This document shows positions 1 to 13,170 of a stretch of 64,000 bases of DNA, piece after piece. Source of the DNA: Sporopachydermia quercuum (lineage: Eukaryota); assembly GCA_001599295.1 (NCBI GenBank), contig BCGN01000010.1, positions 310,001 through 374,000 on the forward strand, in the 5' to 3' direction. Each line of letters begins with the position of its first letter. Position 1 is the first letter of the stretch. Made by a program: the position numbers and the translations under genes. The notes under the pieces are model-generated. The model searched no databases. It had not been told where the DNA came from and worked only from the letters and a program-made list of their open reading frames with translations.

Positions 1-471
1 TATAAAAGTTATCAAATGCAATTAGAGAAGAATTATTTACTATCAATAACATGGCGACAGTATTACATATATCTTTTCCGTTCTTCGTTTTAAGTGTTTC
101 CAATTCGATCTCAAATACAATGTTTGACTCTTGTTTTGCCTTGATGCAAATTTAATTGATGAACAAAGTAATGCTGATCACAGTTGGTAGTAGAAGCTTG
201 AAGCTCAACTAGTACTAGTAGAAAAGTATCTTTAAAAGNATCCTGTGAATTCTTGATGTTAATTTTCACTTGAAGTGGTTTAGTTGGTAGTATTTCATTA
301 ATGTCTTGTTATTGAATTAAACTCTGATTATTGAAGTTTGTTGAGCAGGCTGTTCTATCCGATTGTTTTCTATTCTCTCAAACTTTCTGAACCACACTAG
401 CAGACACTTTCATACAAATATGGTTGTAATAGCAACAGTTTTCATAGCATTTCGACTCATCTTTGAAGAGT

Positions 472-3400
472 TCATACGACCGAAAAGTTACTAGTAGGTT
501 TATTCCCATTGGGGTACTCTGTAGACTCAAATACCAGTTCCCTTTCTAGTCCTTCACTTTTATCAAATGTTCCTTCTTCGTAGTTTAATGTTTTATGTTG
601 CTGCAAGAGTTCTTCCTCTTTGGATGACTTCTGGTTAACATTGTTATGCAAGTTAATGCTCGATATCTCAGTTTTGGAGATCCTCTTCTTGGCTTTTCTT
701 TTGGTGACTTTCCTCTGTGAAATAGTGTTTTCTCTTTCGGAGGCCAACTTCTCAAAAGTTGATTGAGCCACTTTTAAAGCGTCTTTAGGGAAACCTGCCA
801 TTTGAGCTACATTCAGTGCATGTGATTTGCTGCAAACACCTTTCCGTAACTTTCTAGAAATGAAAACATCGTCAGCTTCAATCACGCTGGTACAGTAGTA
901 TTCTATATGGTCTTTCAGAGGAGATAAAGTAGTGGTTAAACAGTTATCAGTATAAGCATTGCGTGTTGAATCAGCATCATTATCTAGCAGTCGAACTAGC
1001 TCTGGACCGTAGTGAGTAGCAAATAACGATCTACATTTGTTGTTTCTGATCAAATGTGCTAAAGTAGCAAACGCAATACTGATACCTTCTTCAGTAGTAG
1101 TGCCTCTACCAATTTCATCAACAATAGCCAATGATTTCTCGGTAGAATGGTTTAAAATGTAGCTTGTTTCAAGCATCTCCACCATGAAAGTACTCAAATC
1201 ACGATAGAGATCATCAGCAGCACCAACTCTGCTGAAGATTTGATCAACTATACCCACTTTTGCATAGTCAGCAGGAACAAAAGAGCCAATTTGCGCTAGA
1301 ATAACAATAAGAGCATTCTGTCGTAAAAATGTGCTTTTACCGCCCATATTGGGACCTGTTATTAACCACATTTTGGATTTCACATTTGGTAAGGAATCAT
1401 AAGTTTGATAATCACTGCTGCAGTTGTTACCGCCATTTTCCTTCAACTCTCCAAGTATACAATCATTAGCTGTGAAAGAATCACCTTGTGAACTCAATGC
1501 TTCTTCTACAGTCGGATGTTTTCCATTAAGGATCACTAAATCAGAAGATTCATTAATAATAGGTTTGATCCAGCGTTTTTCACCTGCCAATTCAGCAAAA
1601 GAGCATGTAACGTCTATAAAATCAAGTGTATGTGCAACCCTCCGAATAACGTTAATATTCTCCAGCACTTGTTCTCTTAAATTATTGAAAATATTTTGTT
1701 CTTCCTTATGAATACGATCTTTAATACAGTATCGTTCTTTGCCAAGAGAATCCCATTCCTCATTACGAATCCATAGTGTTGTTTTACTTTTGTCTATTAT
1801 CTTCCCTCTAATGCCCAAATCCTCAACGCTTTCAATATTTCTTATTCTCTTGGCCGAGCCTGCCACATAAACGACATGCCCATGAGCAGGTGTATACCGC
1901 AATTCTGCTCTCAATGACTTTTGATCATTCGTTAACAATGAAACCAATTCTTCTTCTAACTTTGATAGCTTTTCATCAATTGTTGCTAATTGCTCGTGAA
2001 GTCGATATAATTCAGGCGATGCTGTCGGCCTCATAATCCACAGATTGTCTGTCTCTGAGAACTTTGATTTCCTTTGTGGTTCTTGTTTAACGGTGTTTGT
2101 GGCTGTTTCCTCATTTCCATTTAAAGTTATCGGGTTTGTGCTGGCGGCTATTTGCATTTGTATCTCTCTTTGTTGTGATATTTTTATTTCCTCTGTTTTG
2201 ATCAGATTCAATTCATTCACCTGGTTCACAATCTTAATAATAAGAGCGTCCGGTCCTTCAAGCTTAGAAGATATTTCTTTGAATAAAGATAAAGTGGCAA
2301 AAATAGTGGCACTCTCGGGAGTAGGTGGTGGAGAAAAAGAAGAAGCCGCAGTGGAGATTTTCTTTTCTTCCTCAAGAATCATTCCGTCAATAATGTTTTT
2401 CACCCTATGGGCAAGCTTGAGACTATGAGCAATAGAGACTAGATCGTAAGGATTGTTTCTGCCAATGGATAACCTTTGAACCAATCTTACGATATCATTA
2501 GTTTTCTTCAAAGCGTTATTGATGGAATGACGCTTATTAGCTTGGCTGAGAAACAAGGAGACAACGTTCTGTCTTGCCTTGATCTCTTGCAAATCACAGG
2601 ATGGGGCACCTAGCCAGCTGGACAGCAGTCTAGTACCAGAAGGCGTCTTCGTTCTCTGGATCACGTTGAGAAAAGATCCTTTTTGACTGTCCTCACGCAA
2701 GGTTCGAACCAACTCTAGGGCTTCAAATGATCTGGTATCAATAAGCATGGTTTTTTCGTTCGACTTTCGTGTAGGTGTTTCAAAATATGTTTTTGAGAAA
2801 GGGAAAAGGTTTGAGATATAATGCAAAAGATAGAATGCGGATTTTATTTCGTTCCGGGAAAATTGGTGAAACTGTTTTTCAATTACTTCATACTTCTCAT
2901 TAAAAGAGCAATAATACTTTTCTATTCTCACAGTATCTCGTCTTCTCTGATATTTGAGAAAATACCTTTTCAACTCAACCAAATCGGGGAACCAGTTGCC
3001 AGATTGTAAGGCAAATGGTTTTAATCTATCATCCAGAAGAATTTCTTTTGGTCTTATTCTTGACAAAATAGACGAGAACTTATCAAGAGTTGTTTCAAGA
3101 ACAAAAAACTCACCCACGGAAACATCAGCCCATGAAAGACCAATGGGAACATCAGCTTCAGCTACACGTTTCTCAACCGTGTTCACAGATAATGTGATTG
3201 CCATGATATAGCTATTCTCCTGGTAATTGACAAAAGCTTCATCAACCAGAGATCCTGGAGTAACAATTCTTGTTACCTCACGGTTGAATCTCATATTGGA
3301 GATCGCTGACAGGTCTTCTAATTCCAATGGACTTTTTTCAAACTGATCAACAATTGCTACGGTTAAACCCATATCTTGAACAAGTATTTTCAAGTATCTG

Positions 3401-4062
3401 TCTAACTGAGATAAAGGAAATCCTGCCATTGGAATTGCTTCATTAGATGATGATTTGTTTGCCACACGGAGGTTTAGTTGTGGTGCATATTTAGTGGCAT
3501 GGTCATAGTAGAGTTCATAGAAGGAGCCGACCTGGGTTAAAACAACATCAGAATCTCTGTTTGATTCCATCAAGTACTTGATTCTATCCATCAGTTTGAT
3601 AGATTGCCGTTTTCCAGCAGAGATTTTCTTTGAAGCCTTGGCATTCCTATCGATTGTTTCAGAATCTCTGCTATCTGCTTCTGAGTCAACCTGTGCTGTT
3701 TCCTGTTCAATTTCCTCAGTTTGATCCTGATCCCAATCATTTAGTTTGATATTTTTCTCTTTCTTCTTCTTCTTCTTGTCGTTCTTTCCTTGAGCAGTCT
3801 TGCCTCTGGTTTTCTCCGGGCTAGCGGCTATTTCATCCTTTTCTTTATTACCCTCTTTGCCCGTTGGATTTGCAATGTCTGATAAAGAGAATGTGAACTC
3901 GTCTACATAATAACGACGCTGTTGGTGAAACCCTGGTGACCGTTTGCTCGAATTACGATGCAACTGTGCACTTGAGGTTGAGATTGTAGGAGAAAATGAC
4001 ACAGGACTGAACCTCAGTTTTGTAGTGTTGAAAGTCAACTGCTTTCTGAAAATATGTTTCAT
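472..4062 (-). CDS. MSH1: Mitochondrial MutS homolog Msh1
   Basis: MutS-I motif (LTQVGSFYELY, PMAGFP), Walker A TGPNMGGKSTFLRQ, STFMVEM, DEIGRGT and FATHY are present. The first ATG (4062, MKHIFRKQ) begins an Arg/Ser-rich presequence-like segment; the ORF-track start at 4173 is not an ATG. Confidence 0.93.
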   Translation of the reverse strand: MKHIFRKQLTFNTTKLRFSPVSFSPTISTSSAQLHRNSSKRSPGFHQQRRYYVDEFTFSLSDIANPTGKEGNKEKDEIAASPEKTRGKTAQGKNDKKKKKKEKNIKLNDWDQDQTEEIEQETAQVDSEADSRDSETIDRNAKASKKISAGKRQSIKLMDRIKYLMESNRDSDVVLTQVGSFYELYYDHATKYAPQLNLRVANKSSSNEAIPMAGFPLSQLDRYLKILVQDMGLTVAIVDQFEKSPLELEDLSAISNMRFNREVTRIVTPGSLVDEAFVNYQENSYIMAITLSVNTVEKRVAEADVPIGLSWADVSVGEFFVLETTLDKFSSILSRIRPKEILLDDRLKPFALQSGNWFPDLVELKRYFLKYQRRRDTVRIEKYYCSFNEKYEVIEKQFHQFSRNEIKSAFYLLHYISNLFPFSKTYFETPTRKSNEKTMLIDTRSFEALELVRTLREDSQKGSFLNVIQRTKTPSGTRLLSSWLGAPSCDLQEIKARQNVVSLFLSQANKRHSINNALKKTNDIVRLVQRLSIGRNNPYDLVSIAHSLKLAHRVKNIIDGMILEEEKKISTAASSFSPPPTPESATIFATLSLFKEISSKLEGPDALIIKIVNQVNELNLIKTEEIKISQQREIQMQIAASTNPITLNGNEETATNTVKQEPQRKSKFSETDNLWIMRPTASPELYRLHEQLATIDEKLSKLEEELVSLLTNDQKSLRAELRYTPAHGHVVYVAGSAKRIRNIESVEDLGIRGKIIDKSKTTLWIRNEEWDSLGKERYCIKDRIHKEEQNIFNNLREQVLENINVIRRVAHTLDFIDVTCSFAELAGEKRWIKPIINESSDLVILNGKHPTVEEALSSQGDSFTANDCILGELKENGGNNCSSDYQTYDSLPNVKSKMWLITGPNMGGKSTFLRQNALIVILAQIGSFVPADYAKVGIVDQIFSRVGAADDLYRDLSTFMVEMLETSYILNHSTEKSLAIVDEIGRGTTTEEGISIAFATLAHLIRNNKCRSLFATHYGPELVRLLDNDADSTRNAYTDNCLTTTLSPLKDHIEYYCTSVIEADDVFISRKLRKGVCSKSHALNVAQMAGFPKDALKVAQSTFEKLASERENTISQRKVTKRKAKKRISKTEISSINLHNNVNQKSSKEEELLQQHKTLNYEEGTFDKSEGLERELVFESTEYPNGNKPTSNFSVV

Positions 4063-4540
4063 GAGGATGAATTGTGTGGGTACTGTCGTATAGTATAGTA
4101 GTAGATGCGTATCAATGTATAAACGAGTATTCTGCTTCGACGGTAATATTGATTTTAATAATAAAACATTCAAGAATCTCTAAGGACTATTTGTATGATT
4201 TTTGGCGGTAATAGGTACTATACGAAGAATTGGGCGCAGCAGTTCATTCCTTCCTAGTTCTGTTCTAGTCACCATAATATTGATACCAATTCAACAACAG
4301 GAGTAACTCTTAGTAATGGCAAAAACAGAAATTCAAGTGCAATAGAACTGACTTTACTAGCTGTTTATTCTATAATACTTCTAATGAATGAATCAGTTCC
4401 ACTAACTCTTCAGTAATCTTCATGATCATAGCCAGATCAACAGATTCGACTTATTCTTAATAAACCACTGACGACTAAGTGCTATCAAACTCGGCATTTT
4501 CACCTCTTTCAAGACGTCCTCAGTACTATTCAGCTAAAAT

Positions 4541-4662
4541 TTTCGCGACAGAAAAATTATAACGCGAATCTTCCGTTGACTACGCCCGGGACTGATTAGA
4601 AAATCTGACAACTACTTATGCTCAGATTTCTGATTTTGAACTTATTGGTTTCATCAAACGCG
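4541..4662. promoter_or_regulatory. Cluster of MCB/SCB-like CGCG elements upstream of MSH1
   Basis: TTTCGCG (4541-4547), ACGCGA (4562-4567) and ACGCG (4658-4662) lie in AT-rich DNA upstream of a DNA-repair gene. Confidence 0.45.
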
Positions 4663-6298
4663 CTGTAATAATTCAATAGCTTCTTCCGATTCACTACCGA
4701 CAAATATCAGCAGAAGTTCAGTTACAATAAATACTTCGACTTCTCTTTTCAAATCTGCTCTGACAGCAGATACAATACAATTTGAATTACAGTGATAACA
4801 ATCCTGGGTTAACAGTATTCACTATTAGTTTATGATTTCCTATGCAAAATTATCCAACAATAGATATTTCGGAATAGCAATAGAGCTTTATTAACCCAAT
4901 GAACAACGCAACATATAATGAAACAATAGTTCTTTATTGAATTAAAGACCATTATCCTTTCATAACTGCAATAAATATAACATAACGATCCGCCTTTCTA
5001 CATGATTCATTTACGAACGAGATCAGAATTTCATATTTGTCTTGCCAGAATGTGACATAAGTCTTTGGTTTGTGTTTAGTATGTGACATGACTTTCAAGC
5101 TCCAACCGACACGAAACTATATACGGATGAGGTAATCAATATTTCCCAGAGTATCCACTTTCCTTTTGAAACTTCCATGTGAAAATGAATAAATGAATGG
5201 AGAATAGAACAAAACGAGCGCAGGCTCATATAAGGAGTATGTGAATTAAACATTACATTTATCGTTAGTACGTTGGCGGTCACTGGCACCATACAATTTT
5301 TCACAGTAAGCAAACTACGGTGGTTAATGGGAATGGCTAAAAAACAAACAAGCCAAATAGAATCTAATTAATGACAAATGATAATACTATACCAAAGATA
5401 TGAGCAATTGTTATTGCTCATATCTATTGGTCAAGATCCTTCTTTATTGATAAAAATATCTACGGATCATTTATGCTGAGGAATATCAAAGAAAAAACAA
5501 GAAAATATATATAATTATTAACATCGTAAGCAAGAACTTATTATCATGCATACCAAGGGGTTTAGACACAGGGTGTCTTCTGTTTTTATGATATTAGCCG
5601 CTCGTCAGAAATTGCGCAAACTGCATTACAGGGCATTCTGCTTTGTTTTGGAAGCAATGTAGAAAGCGAAGATTCTCCAGTTAATTTCATCATTTTTCCC
5701 ATTGGAATTGAACGAGTGATGCAAGTTCTAACCAGTTGGATTACACGAGACAACTAGCCAACAAACTGGAAGAACAAGTCAAAGATTAAGTTAGACGTCT
5801 TATTGTATTGAATTAACTAGAGAGACTTATAATTCATATAGTTTGTTTGAATATTTTTTGTTTGATTACAGGATTGAAATGGTCTAAATGTTGGTAATAA
5901 AATGTTGGTAACAAGCAGGGTGTATGGAAGGAAGTTACTAATGAGCAGAAGTAACTCCAATTGATTGACTGTTGCGCTCCTACAATGTTATATGCTACTG
6001 ATTAGCAATCGAAAGTATCCACACAATTCATAATGTAACTATTGCTGTTCAGATTATCTCTTGTTTTCTTTCTTGCTAGTCACGACAGCCATTCAACAAT
6101 CAATCTACTGAGAAAAAAAAAAAAGTAAACTTAAATCTCTCTATTTGTTACATTTCTCACATATGTAATACTTCTTCAGCTCGACCCACATCCTTGCATT
6201 AGTTCTCTTTGATTAAAAGATCTTTCAATTAAATATCTATTAATTCAACATCATTTAGTTACATTATCGGTTAATCAAATATCTCCTAATAAAGTCTT

Positions 6299-9200
6299 TT
6301 AATTCAAATATCCTTTACAACCAACAGCTCCACACAAACAAGGAATCCTCTCTTCGCTATTCGCTTCTCTTTCAAACTTATAATCATACGTCAACTCTTC
6401 GTTAGGCTCAATATCTCTCAATGCATATATAACAATTCTACGTTTACCATCCACTTTGATAATCTTAGCTGTACAACTAGGAACACATGAATGATTGATG
6501 AATCTAGCAATGCCTCCCATCTTCGTAGCATCAATGACTGTAGTATCATCAATTCGAAACAAGTAACTAGAACCAATTCCTGACTTGAGATACTTTCGTT
6601 CTCTTACTTCCGCGACCTGGGACCGTATGCTTTCTCCTACATACTCAATGATCATTTCTTTCGCATAAATAGGCTCCATAGCATATAATCCCCAGTTATG
6701 AATAGCAGATCTAGCAAAAGACACCAGTTTCTTCCTTTTCTTAAGCTGGTTGATATGGAAAATGTCTGATTCTACTGTTTGCTGTTGTACATCCGCAGCA
6801 AAACGTCTATTGTTCATTCTATTAGATCTAGAAGTTGCGCTCTTAGATGAGGACGCAGAAACTGTTGTGCCAGGCCCGGATTTCGGTACATCGTCCGAGA
6901 AAACATGCTGGTTGGAATTATAATGGCCATTAATATTAGCATTGTTGGTGAAATCATCAGTGGAGTGTAAGTTGCCTTTAGAATGGTCTGTTAAAACGTC
7001 TATTGGTTTATGGCGGAACATTTTTCGTCTATGGGGTAGAAAGCTCGCCTTTTCGCTGTCGGGGATCTTTCTGTAACCAGAGCATCTAGAAGCACCTTTA
7101 GAGCTTTCAAAATCGAATGTAGAGCCCTCAAAGTTCTCATAGATGGGCTTTTCAATGTCACCGCGGAAAACAACAGAATTACTGCTGTTTATGGCACTAC
7201 CATTGCTATTGATTCTCTTCTTTTCTGTTTCTCTCCGTGCCCAGAATTCTATCTCTTTCGCTGACAGGTCAGCAAACACATCTTTACTCACGGAATACAA
7301 CACTTCATAGTCCTTCTCATAGAAAAGGGCTTCTTTCAGGCCATCAAGGTCCCATTCAACAGACTCGCAAGCTCTGGTTCTTCCGTTAGGAACCACAGAG
7401 CCCTTCAAATGCTTTATACGTAAAGGTTGTTCTTCGACTTGTTTGCTTTGTCGTTCTCTTCTTGAGCGGGCTTTCTTCTTTCTTATTTTCGAGAAGTCTA
7501 CCTGATAAGACTTTAGACAAGGCTGACGTAGTGAAGCAAGTTGGGGCTCTGTAAGGTTGTGGGTGGTTAGTGTAGTTGCGATTCTTGGGGCCGGCCAGTG
7601 TGGTGCAGCAGTTTCCGAGGTAGGAGTTTGTCCGTGTGTTTGTTTGTGAGTTTGTTTCGATATTGCTGAGGATGTTGCTTTTGAAATGGGTTGTGGCTCA
7701 GGTATAGTTTTACTCTTTATGACAGTAGCTTCCTTTTCCAGTTTGACAACTGAGTTGTGAATTTCCTTTTTCAGCTTCTCTTTACCCTTTTCGGATGTTT
7801 CAGCCACAACAGTTTTCCCAATTGGTTTCTCCTTCTCCTTTTCCTTTTCCTTCTCTTTCTCTCTCTCTTTCTCTTTCTCCTTTTCGTCTTCTGTTTCCGT
7901 GTCATAATCATATCGTATTTTCATTTTCTTCTTATTCCGGGGCGAGTTCACATTTGAAAACTTTCCTTCTCCATTAGGCATCTCGGCCACAACTGGACTC
8001 ATCATCTCTTTCCGTTTCAGGGTCTCCTTTCTCTTCTTCGGACTTTCAAGCTGCTTGGGTTTTCTCTTTACAGAAATAGATTCCTCGGGTTTCCCAGCAT
8101 TAATGATTGCATTGCCGATCGAATCAGACAATCTTCTGGCTGTTTTAATCGATTCAGTCATTTTTTCTTCCTCTTGGCTGTCAACGGTCTCCGGTGATGA
8201 TGATAAGCTGGATAGTTCAGATACAGGAGAAAGGCTACTATCTCCAATAAGACTACCCGTAGGAGTAGACACTGCAGCACGAGAGTTATCTTCAACTGTA
8301 TTTGGTGCTGTAGCAGGAAAAGTGCTCTTTTCTGCCTTTACCTTCTTCTTGATGCTCCTTGAAGCTAAGGCTCCATCGCCGGTATTACTGTTGACTCTTC
8401 TGACCTTATTTTCCGGTTCCCCACTATCAGTATGACGATCTGCGTGGAGCTGCTGCTGCTGGAGTTTAATTGCAGACTCGTTTTTCCTGAACTTCGGTAT
8501 CTCGTTTAAAACCTTTTTCTCCACGTTTGAATACGGAAGTCCCGGTCTAATTTCTACTCCTTTTCTCCCTTGGCTTGTTTTATCTTTATCATTATAGTGT
8601 TTATGATGGTTATGATCTTTACGATCTCTTTGATTGGTAAGGATATCTCTAACAGTGCATTCTTTGTCGCCATCTTCGCTTTTTTCCGTCTCCTTCTCCT
8701 TTTCCTTCTCTTTTTCTCTTTCCTTCTCCTTCCGTTCTTTTTCTAGCTTATCTTGCTTCCTCTTTCTATTGAAATCTTCTACACTTTTACTAACGCAAGG
8801 GCGCATTTCATCAAACATTCGCTTCCATACCATTTGCTTGTATTTCTCTACTTCAGACGAAATGCCGTCAATAACAATTGAAAATGCTGTAGCTTTTGCC
8901 AATTGGACTGATTGATCATAGGTTAAATCCTTTGCTGAGATTTCGTAGGCAGAAAGGGAGATGTTTTCCGTTCGAGTTTCCTTTTCATTGCTGGCGTTGG
9001 TATTAGAAGTAGAAGAGAAAGATGATAAGGATGAGGATGAGGATGAGGATTTCTGGAATTTGATGAAACGAGGATTCGATTTATCGATAGCGAATGATGG
9101 CCTGGCGGAATAGCTGTAAGTATGTTCTTCTGGCCCATTTATGGCGGTAGCAGAAGCTTTAGAGTTAGAAGTACTATTTTCATTTATGGTGATAGTAACA

Positions 9201-11395
9201 GGAGAACTGGGATTAGTAGATGAAGCAGCAGGTTTGGTGACAGGATTGATAGTTATAACGGCTTTACCAGCAGAAGTTACAGTAGTTTTCGCTGTTTTCG
9301 TTGTTTTGGTATTTGTTGATGTCACCAGGTCAATTTTAATTGCATTCTTCTTAATAGTATTAGCTATAGTGGTAGTAGTAACATTAGTAGTCGAAGTATG
9401 GGTTTCACTATGAGTGGAATCGTCAATAGTAATAGAAGGTACTTCTGCAACGCTTTCACTTTCATCTCCATTCTGTTGCTGTTGCAGGTTTTTCTGCTCA
9501 CCATTTGGTTTGTTAACAGAATCAAACCCAAACCCATTGAGTTTTCCATCTCTAGAAGTAGTAACTGTAGTAACTGTAGTACTATTGACAATACTGTGGA
9601 CGCCAGTATTAACATTGGTATTAGAATTGGTGTTGCCAGAATTGCCAGAAGCTTTAGTTGCATCAAGATCAACATCATTACTATTAGCATTACCATTACT
9701 ATTGTCAACAGCAACAGCAGCAGATGTATTGCTTTCTTGTTCAGGTGTTCCTACTTTCATTAGTTTCTTCTCTGTTGGTTTCCCTTCTGCTTCTGTTTCC
9801 GTTTCTACCTCTTGTTGGATTGCCTGTGATTCTGATTCTGATGGGAAGGATAAGGATAAGGATGTAGCCGTATCAAATGGTTCTTCTGATGGTTCATTGG
9901 CTCCGTCGGTACCAGAAACCTCATCTTTCTTAGAGGACTTTCCGACAGTTTCTGTTTCAGCTTCTGTCTTAGTATCATTAATTGTACGCGTTCTACTTAA
10001 AGAGTTTTCCGATAACCGTTTCAGATTAAATGCTGGTTCACCAGCTTCGCTTGCTTTCCTCTTCGCAGTTTTCTCTGATACCTTTTTTGTCTCTCCATTT
10101 ACTTTCGCATTTGCCAAGACATCTTGATTAGAGCCATTTTCAATCGGATCTTGCTCCTGTTTTTTTGCCTTTGTTGATTCATTTTCAACCGACGATGGGT
10201 CATTTTCTTCCTTATCCATTCCCTCTTCTTCTTTTTCCTCTTTTTCCTCATTTTTTTCTTCATCATGTGAAATATGTAGAGCCCTATGCACTTTCCTTCG
10301 TGTATATCTCATATCCGCCTCCAGCTTCTTTCTTTCGGTGAGTTTCAATTCTGGCTCTAATTCAAAATCTGTTTCAACATCAGCTTCATATTTTACCTTC
10401 AGTTCATCATCGCTTTCGATTTCAGTCTCCTGTTCTTCATCATCTATTCTTTCGCTATCAACAGCACGTTTGCCGTCTGATGCTTTCTTCAGCTTCCCTG
10501 TTTTGATATTACTTACACTCTCCTTATTATCAAGTTCTGTTGACGATATGTTGATATCATCCTCGCCAGTATAATCATCATTATACTCAGGGTTGCCCTG
10601 TGAGCATTCCAATTGATATTCTATCAAAGAATAGTAGTTATCAATCAAAGCTTGCACATCACGTGGAGAACTCTTTTTCCGTAATATAGCATAGATCTCG
10701 CCATTGCTATCACATAGAATATCTTCAAAATGAGCCAAGATCTTATCATGAAACATATTCATTTTGCCCTTTTTACGGAAAAACTTGGTTAGGTCTACAA
10801 ATCCATAAGAATGATCATTGATTGTACGCCTCACGTTGTCTTCTAAATCAGCTTTTGATGGTGGATAAGTAAAATCGGCAACATATTCAGGAATCATCAC
10901 ATCTTCCCATCCGCTTCCTCCAGTGTGCACTGCATCGTTATCACTGGCAGCACTAGGTCTCGATCTGCGTGTTTTTGGTCGAACAGCAGGTGGATTCTGC
11001 GTTGCTGAAGGTTCAGAAGACACTGAGTTTTGCCTTGAAGTACTACGCGTAGGACGTATTCTTTTAGCTGTTGTTGTGGATGTAGTCGTAGATGTATCAC
11101 CACTTTCTTTGCCAATAGAACCAGTAGTGCCGTTAGAATTGGAAGCAGCAATTGCATCTATAGGAGCATCTTTTTTATCATCTTTCACAGTACTCGTACG
11201 TCTCAATGTTCTATCAGTGTTTTCCGTTTGTTCTAATTTAACTGGCTTGCAAGCTTTCTTATCACTTTCATCCTTGCGAGTAGTTCTGGTCACCCGTATT
11301 TTAGGCTCGAGACTTCTTTTGGTAGCAGCAACTTTTCTCTGCATTGCAGATCTAAGTCCTGATACGCCCGACGTGTTTGAACCTCGTGATACCAT
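6299..11395 (-). CDS. SET1: Histone H3K4 methyltransferase Set1 (COMPASS) with atypical N-terminus
   Basis: The C-terminus has N-SET ([10 protein letters not shown]), SET ([47 protein letters not shown]) and post-SET ([13 protein letters not shown]). It sits between ORC6 and MSH1 as in S. cerevisiae. Confidence 0.93.
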   Translation of the reverse strand: MVSRGSNTSGVSGLRSAMQRKVAATKRSLEPKIRVTRTTRKDESDKKACKPVKLEQTENTDRTLRRTSTVKDDKKDAPIDAIAASNSNGTTGSIGKESGDTSTTTSTTTAKRIRPTRSTSRQNSVSSEPSATQNPPAVRPKTRRSRPSAASDNDAVHTGGSGWEDVMIPEYVADFTYPPSKADLEDNVRRTINDHSYGFVDLTKFFRKKGKMNMFHDKILAHFEDILCDSNGEIYAILRKKSSPRDVQALIDNYYSLIEYQLECSQGNPEYNDDYTGEDDINISSTELDNKESVSNIKTGKLKKASDGKRAVDSERIDDEEQETEIESDDELKVKYEADVETDFELEPELKLTERKKLEADMRYTRRKVHRALHISHDEEKNEEKEEKEEEGMDKEENDPSSVENESTKAKKQEQDPIENGSNQDVLANAKVNGETKKVSEKTAKRKASEAGEPAFNLKRLSENSLSRTRTINDTKTEAETETVGKSSKKDEVSGTDGANEPSEEPFDTATSLSLSFPSESESQAIQQEVETETEAEGKPTEKKLMKVGTPEQESNTSAAVAVDNSNGNANSNDVDLDATKASGNSGNTNSNTNVNTGVHSIVNSTTVTTVTTSRDGKLNGFGFDSVNKPNGEQKNLQQQQNGDESESVAEVPSITIDDSTHSETHTSTTNVTTTTIANTIKKNAIKIDLVTSTNTKTTKTAKTTVTSAGKAVITINPVTKPAASSTNPSSPVTITINENSTSNSKASATAINGPEEHTYSYSARPSFAIDKSNPRFIKFQKSSSSSSSLSSFSSTSNTNASNEKETRTENISLSAYEISAKDLTYDQSVQLAKATAFSIVIDGISSEVEKYKQMVWKRMFDEMRPCVSKSVEDFNRKRKQDKLEKERKEKEREKEKEKEKETEKSEDGDKECTVRDILTNQRDRKDHNHHKHYNDKDKTSQGRKGVEIRPGLPYSNVEKKVLNEIPKFRKNESAIKLQQQQLHADRHTDSGEPENKVRRVNSNTGDGALASRSIKKKVKAEKSTFPATAPNTVEDNSRAAVSTPTGSLIGDSSLSPVSELSSLSSSPETVDSQEEEKMTESIKTARRLSDSIGNAIINAGKPEESISVKRKPKQLESPKKRKETLKRKEMMSPVVAEMPNGEGKFSNVNSPRNKKKMKIRYDYDTETEDEKEKEKEREKEKEKEKEKEKPIGKTVVAETSEKGKEKLKKEIHNSVVKLEKEATVIKSKTIPEPQPISKATSSAISKQTHKQTHGQTPTSETAAPHWPAPRIATTLTTHNLTEPQLASLRQPCLKSYQVDFSKIRKKKARSRRERQSKQVEEQPLRIKHLKGSVVPNGRTRACESVEWDLDGLKEALFYEKDYEVLYSVSKDVFADLSAKEIEFWARRETEKKRINSNGSAINSSNSVVFRGDIEKPIYENFEGSTFDFESSKGASRCSGYRKIPDSEKASFLPHRRKMFRHKPIDVLTDHSKGNLHSTDDFTNNANINGHYNSNQHVFSDDVPKSGPGTTVSASSSKSATSRSNRMNNRRFAADVQQQTVESDIFHINQLKKRKKLVSFARSAIHNWGLYAMEPIYAKEMIIEYVGESIRSQVAEVRERKYLKSGIGSSYLFRIDDTTVIDATKMGGIARFINHSCVPSCTAKIIKVDGKRRIVIYALRDIEPNEELTYDYKFEREANSEERIPCLCGAVGCKGYLN

Positions 11396-12580
11396 TCTCT
11401 AGAAAAAATGGGTACTTTACGCGATGTGTGTATGACATGAATTGTCTGTTGTAAAAGCTGGCTGATCAAATAGGATTAGTGACAAGCACAACAGTATTCC
11501 AAACATTATTCTAAGGTTTCTTTGCTTCAAATGCTGATTGAAAACCAAATAGCGCATACACGCAAAATGCAGACAAAATCAATCTAATATTGTAGTCGAC
11601 TTATGTCTTCTTCCTAATAAACAAACTATTGATATCACCGTTTTCTATGATTCACGACGTTCACTGGTACTAAAAGATGTACTTGTAAACAGAGCAGCAC
11701 AAACGAGTATAATGCACATCAACCGTAGAGAAGTTGAACCTGATAACTCTGCGTAGTTTTGATACGTTATTAACACGTTTGAAGCAGGTTTCCTTACCAA
11801 TACTAACTAGTTTCTATGATGAATAATGTGTAAGATAGATGTCAAGTGAGAGAGGAGAAGTCAACCTGGAAATTAAATCACAGAAGGCACGAAGCAGAAA
11901 AGTCCAAAGGTCATGTGACCTGTTTGTAATTTTGTCAATGATTATGTAATCTGAATATATGTACAGCTAGTTGTTGATTATGTAATATGGAAACCAGCAG
12001 TGATAGACTGTGGATTTAGCTGATAACTAAACTGGGGCAAAACAAGATGAATTAATGAGACATTATGAAGCCTTAAAAGCATTTTTCACTATGGGAAAGA
12101 ATTGCTATGCTTGTATTGAATTAAGCATTCGATTCTGTTGAGAGACACAGCACATGGATACGTCGGCAAGTTAATCATACTTTTTCTACCTCTACTTCAG
12201 ACTAATATCAATTTATAGTACCATTTCCAACATATAATAGAAACATAGTAGACAACCCTATGGACAACCAGAAATATAGATAAGTAATATCGGATAAAAT
12301 AAACAGGAAATAAATGAAATCACGAGGAGGGAATGCAAAATTGTGAGATTATAATGAATACCTATGATAATGACAATAATTATAACGATAACTCGATAGT
12401 GATGGTGACATCAAATAAATCAACCGATACCGAAATGAAAAAGGGGAGCTGATAGGCTCTGATTAAAGAGTGGAAGAGAAAAAACATGCAAATGCTTCGA
12501 ATAGGTCAATGATAAAACTCTAACACGGCAAATCTAATCTTTCTTTCCATTCAGTCAAGCAAAAATGTTATAAGTATTGT

Positions 12581-13170
12581 CTATTTGGTTCTGATAAGCT
12601 TAAGAGGTCCACTAACGTGCTTGAAGTTATCGGCATACTGCTTAGGAATAAACTTACGGACCTTAGGCTCTTGAACATAATATGTCCAACCTTGGCCTTC
12701 GCAATACCTTATAGCATCTTCCTTAGTGTTGAATGAAACAGATGTACCTTGCATATAATCAGCACTACTAGCGTATCCAATCAAGTCATTTTCCCATCTG
12801 TTGCTCTTTCCAATAATATCCCAGTCAATCTTCCAAGATCTTGATCCTATAATCTTTGTTAATAAATATTCCAAAGTGACATTCTACAAAATTCTCTTGT
12901 TATATTCTTCCGTTCTTCATATATAGTGTACTTACCCCAGGTCCCACTTTGTGTAGCTGGTTTGGCTGGCTTATAGATTCTCACAGTTCTGTCGGTAACG
13001 AGTTCAGTTGGAGCTCCACTCACAGTTTCCTTTGGAACTGCCTCTGTAATACCACTTCCAGTACTTGGAACTTCTTTGCTCAGTCTCAATGTTGTTGTAG
13101 ACAGGAAAGCTCTTCGGCTGCTGAATCTGGCAGTTTGTACTGCTACTGGTCTGAAACTTCGGGTGAACAT
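12581..13170 (-). CDS. NDUFS4: Complex I subunit NDUFS4/NUYM; exons 13170-12936 and 12846-12581, 166 aa
   Basis: Joining two ORFs across intron 12935-12847 (GTAAGT...TATTAAC...ATAG) gives [28 protein letters not shown]...[18 protein letters not shown]...F.TKEDAIRY...YADNF, preceded by a mitochondrial presequence. Confidence 0.92.

Noticed and set aside
7757..11402. Many long antisense or overlapping ORFs over SET1 (also over MAK21, PCT1 and IRE1)
   Set aside because: They are Ser/Phe/Leu-rich shadows of Glu/Lys/Asp-rich coding strands, with no independent motifs.
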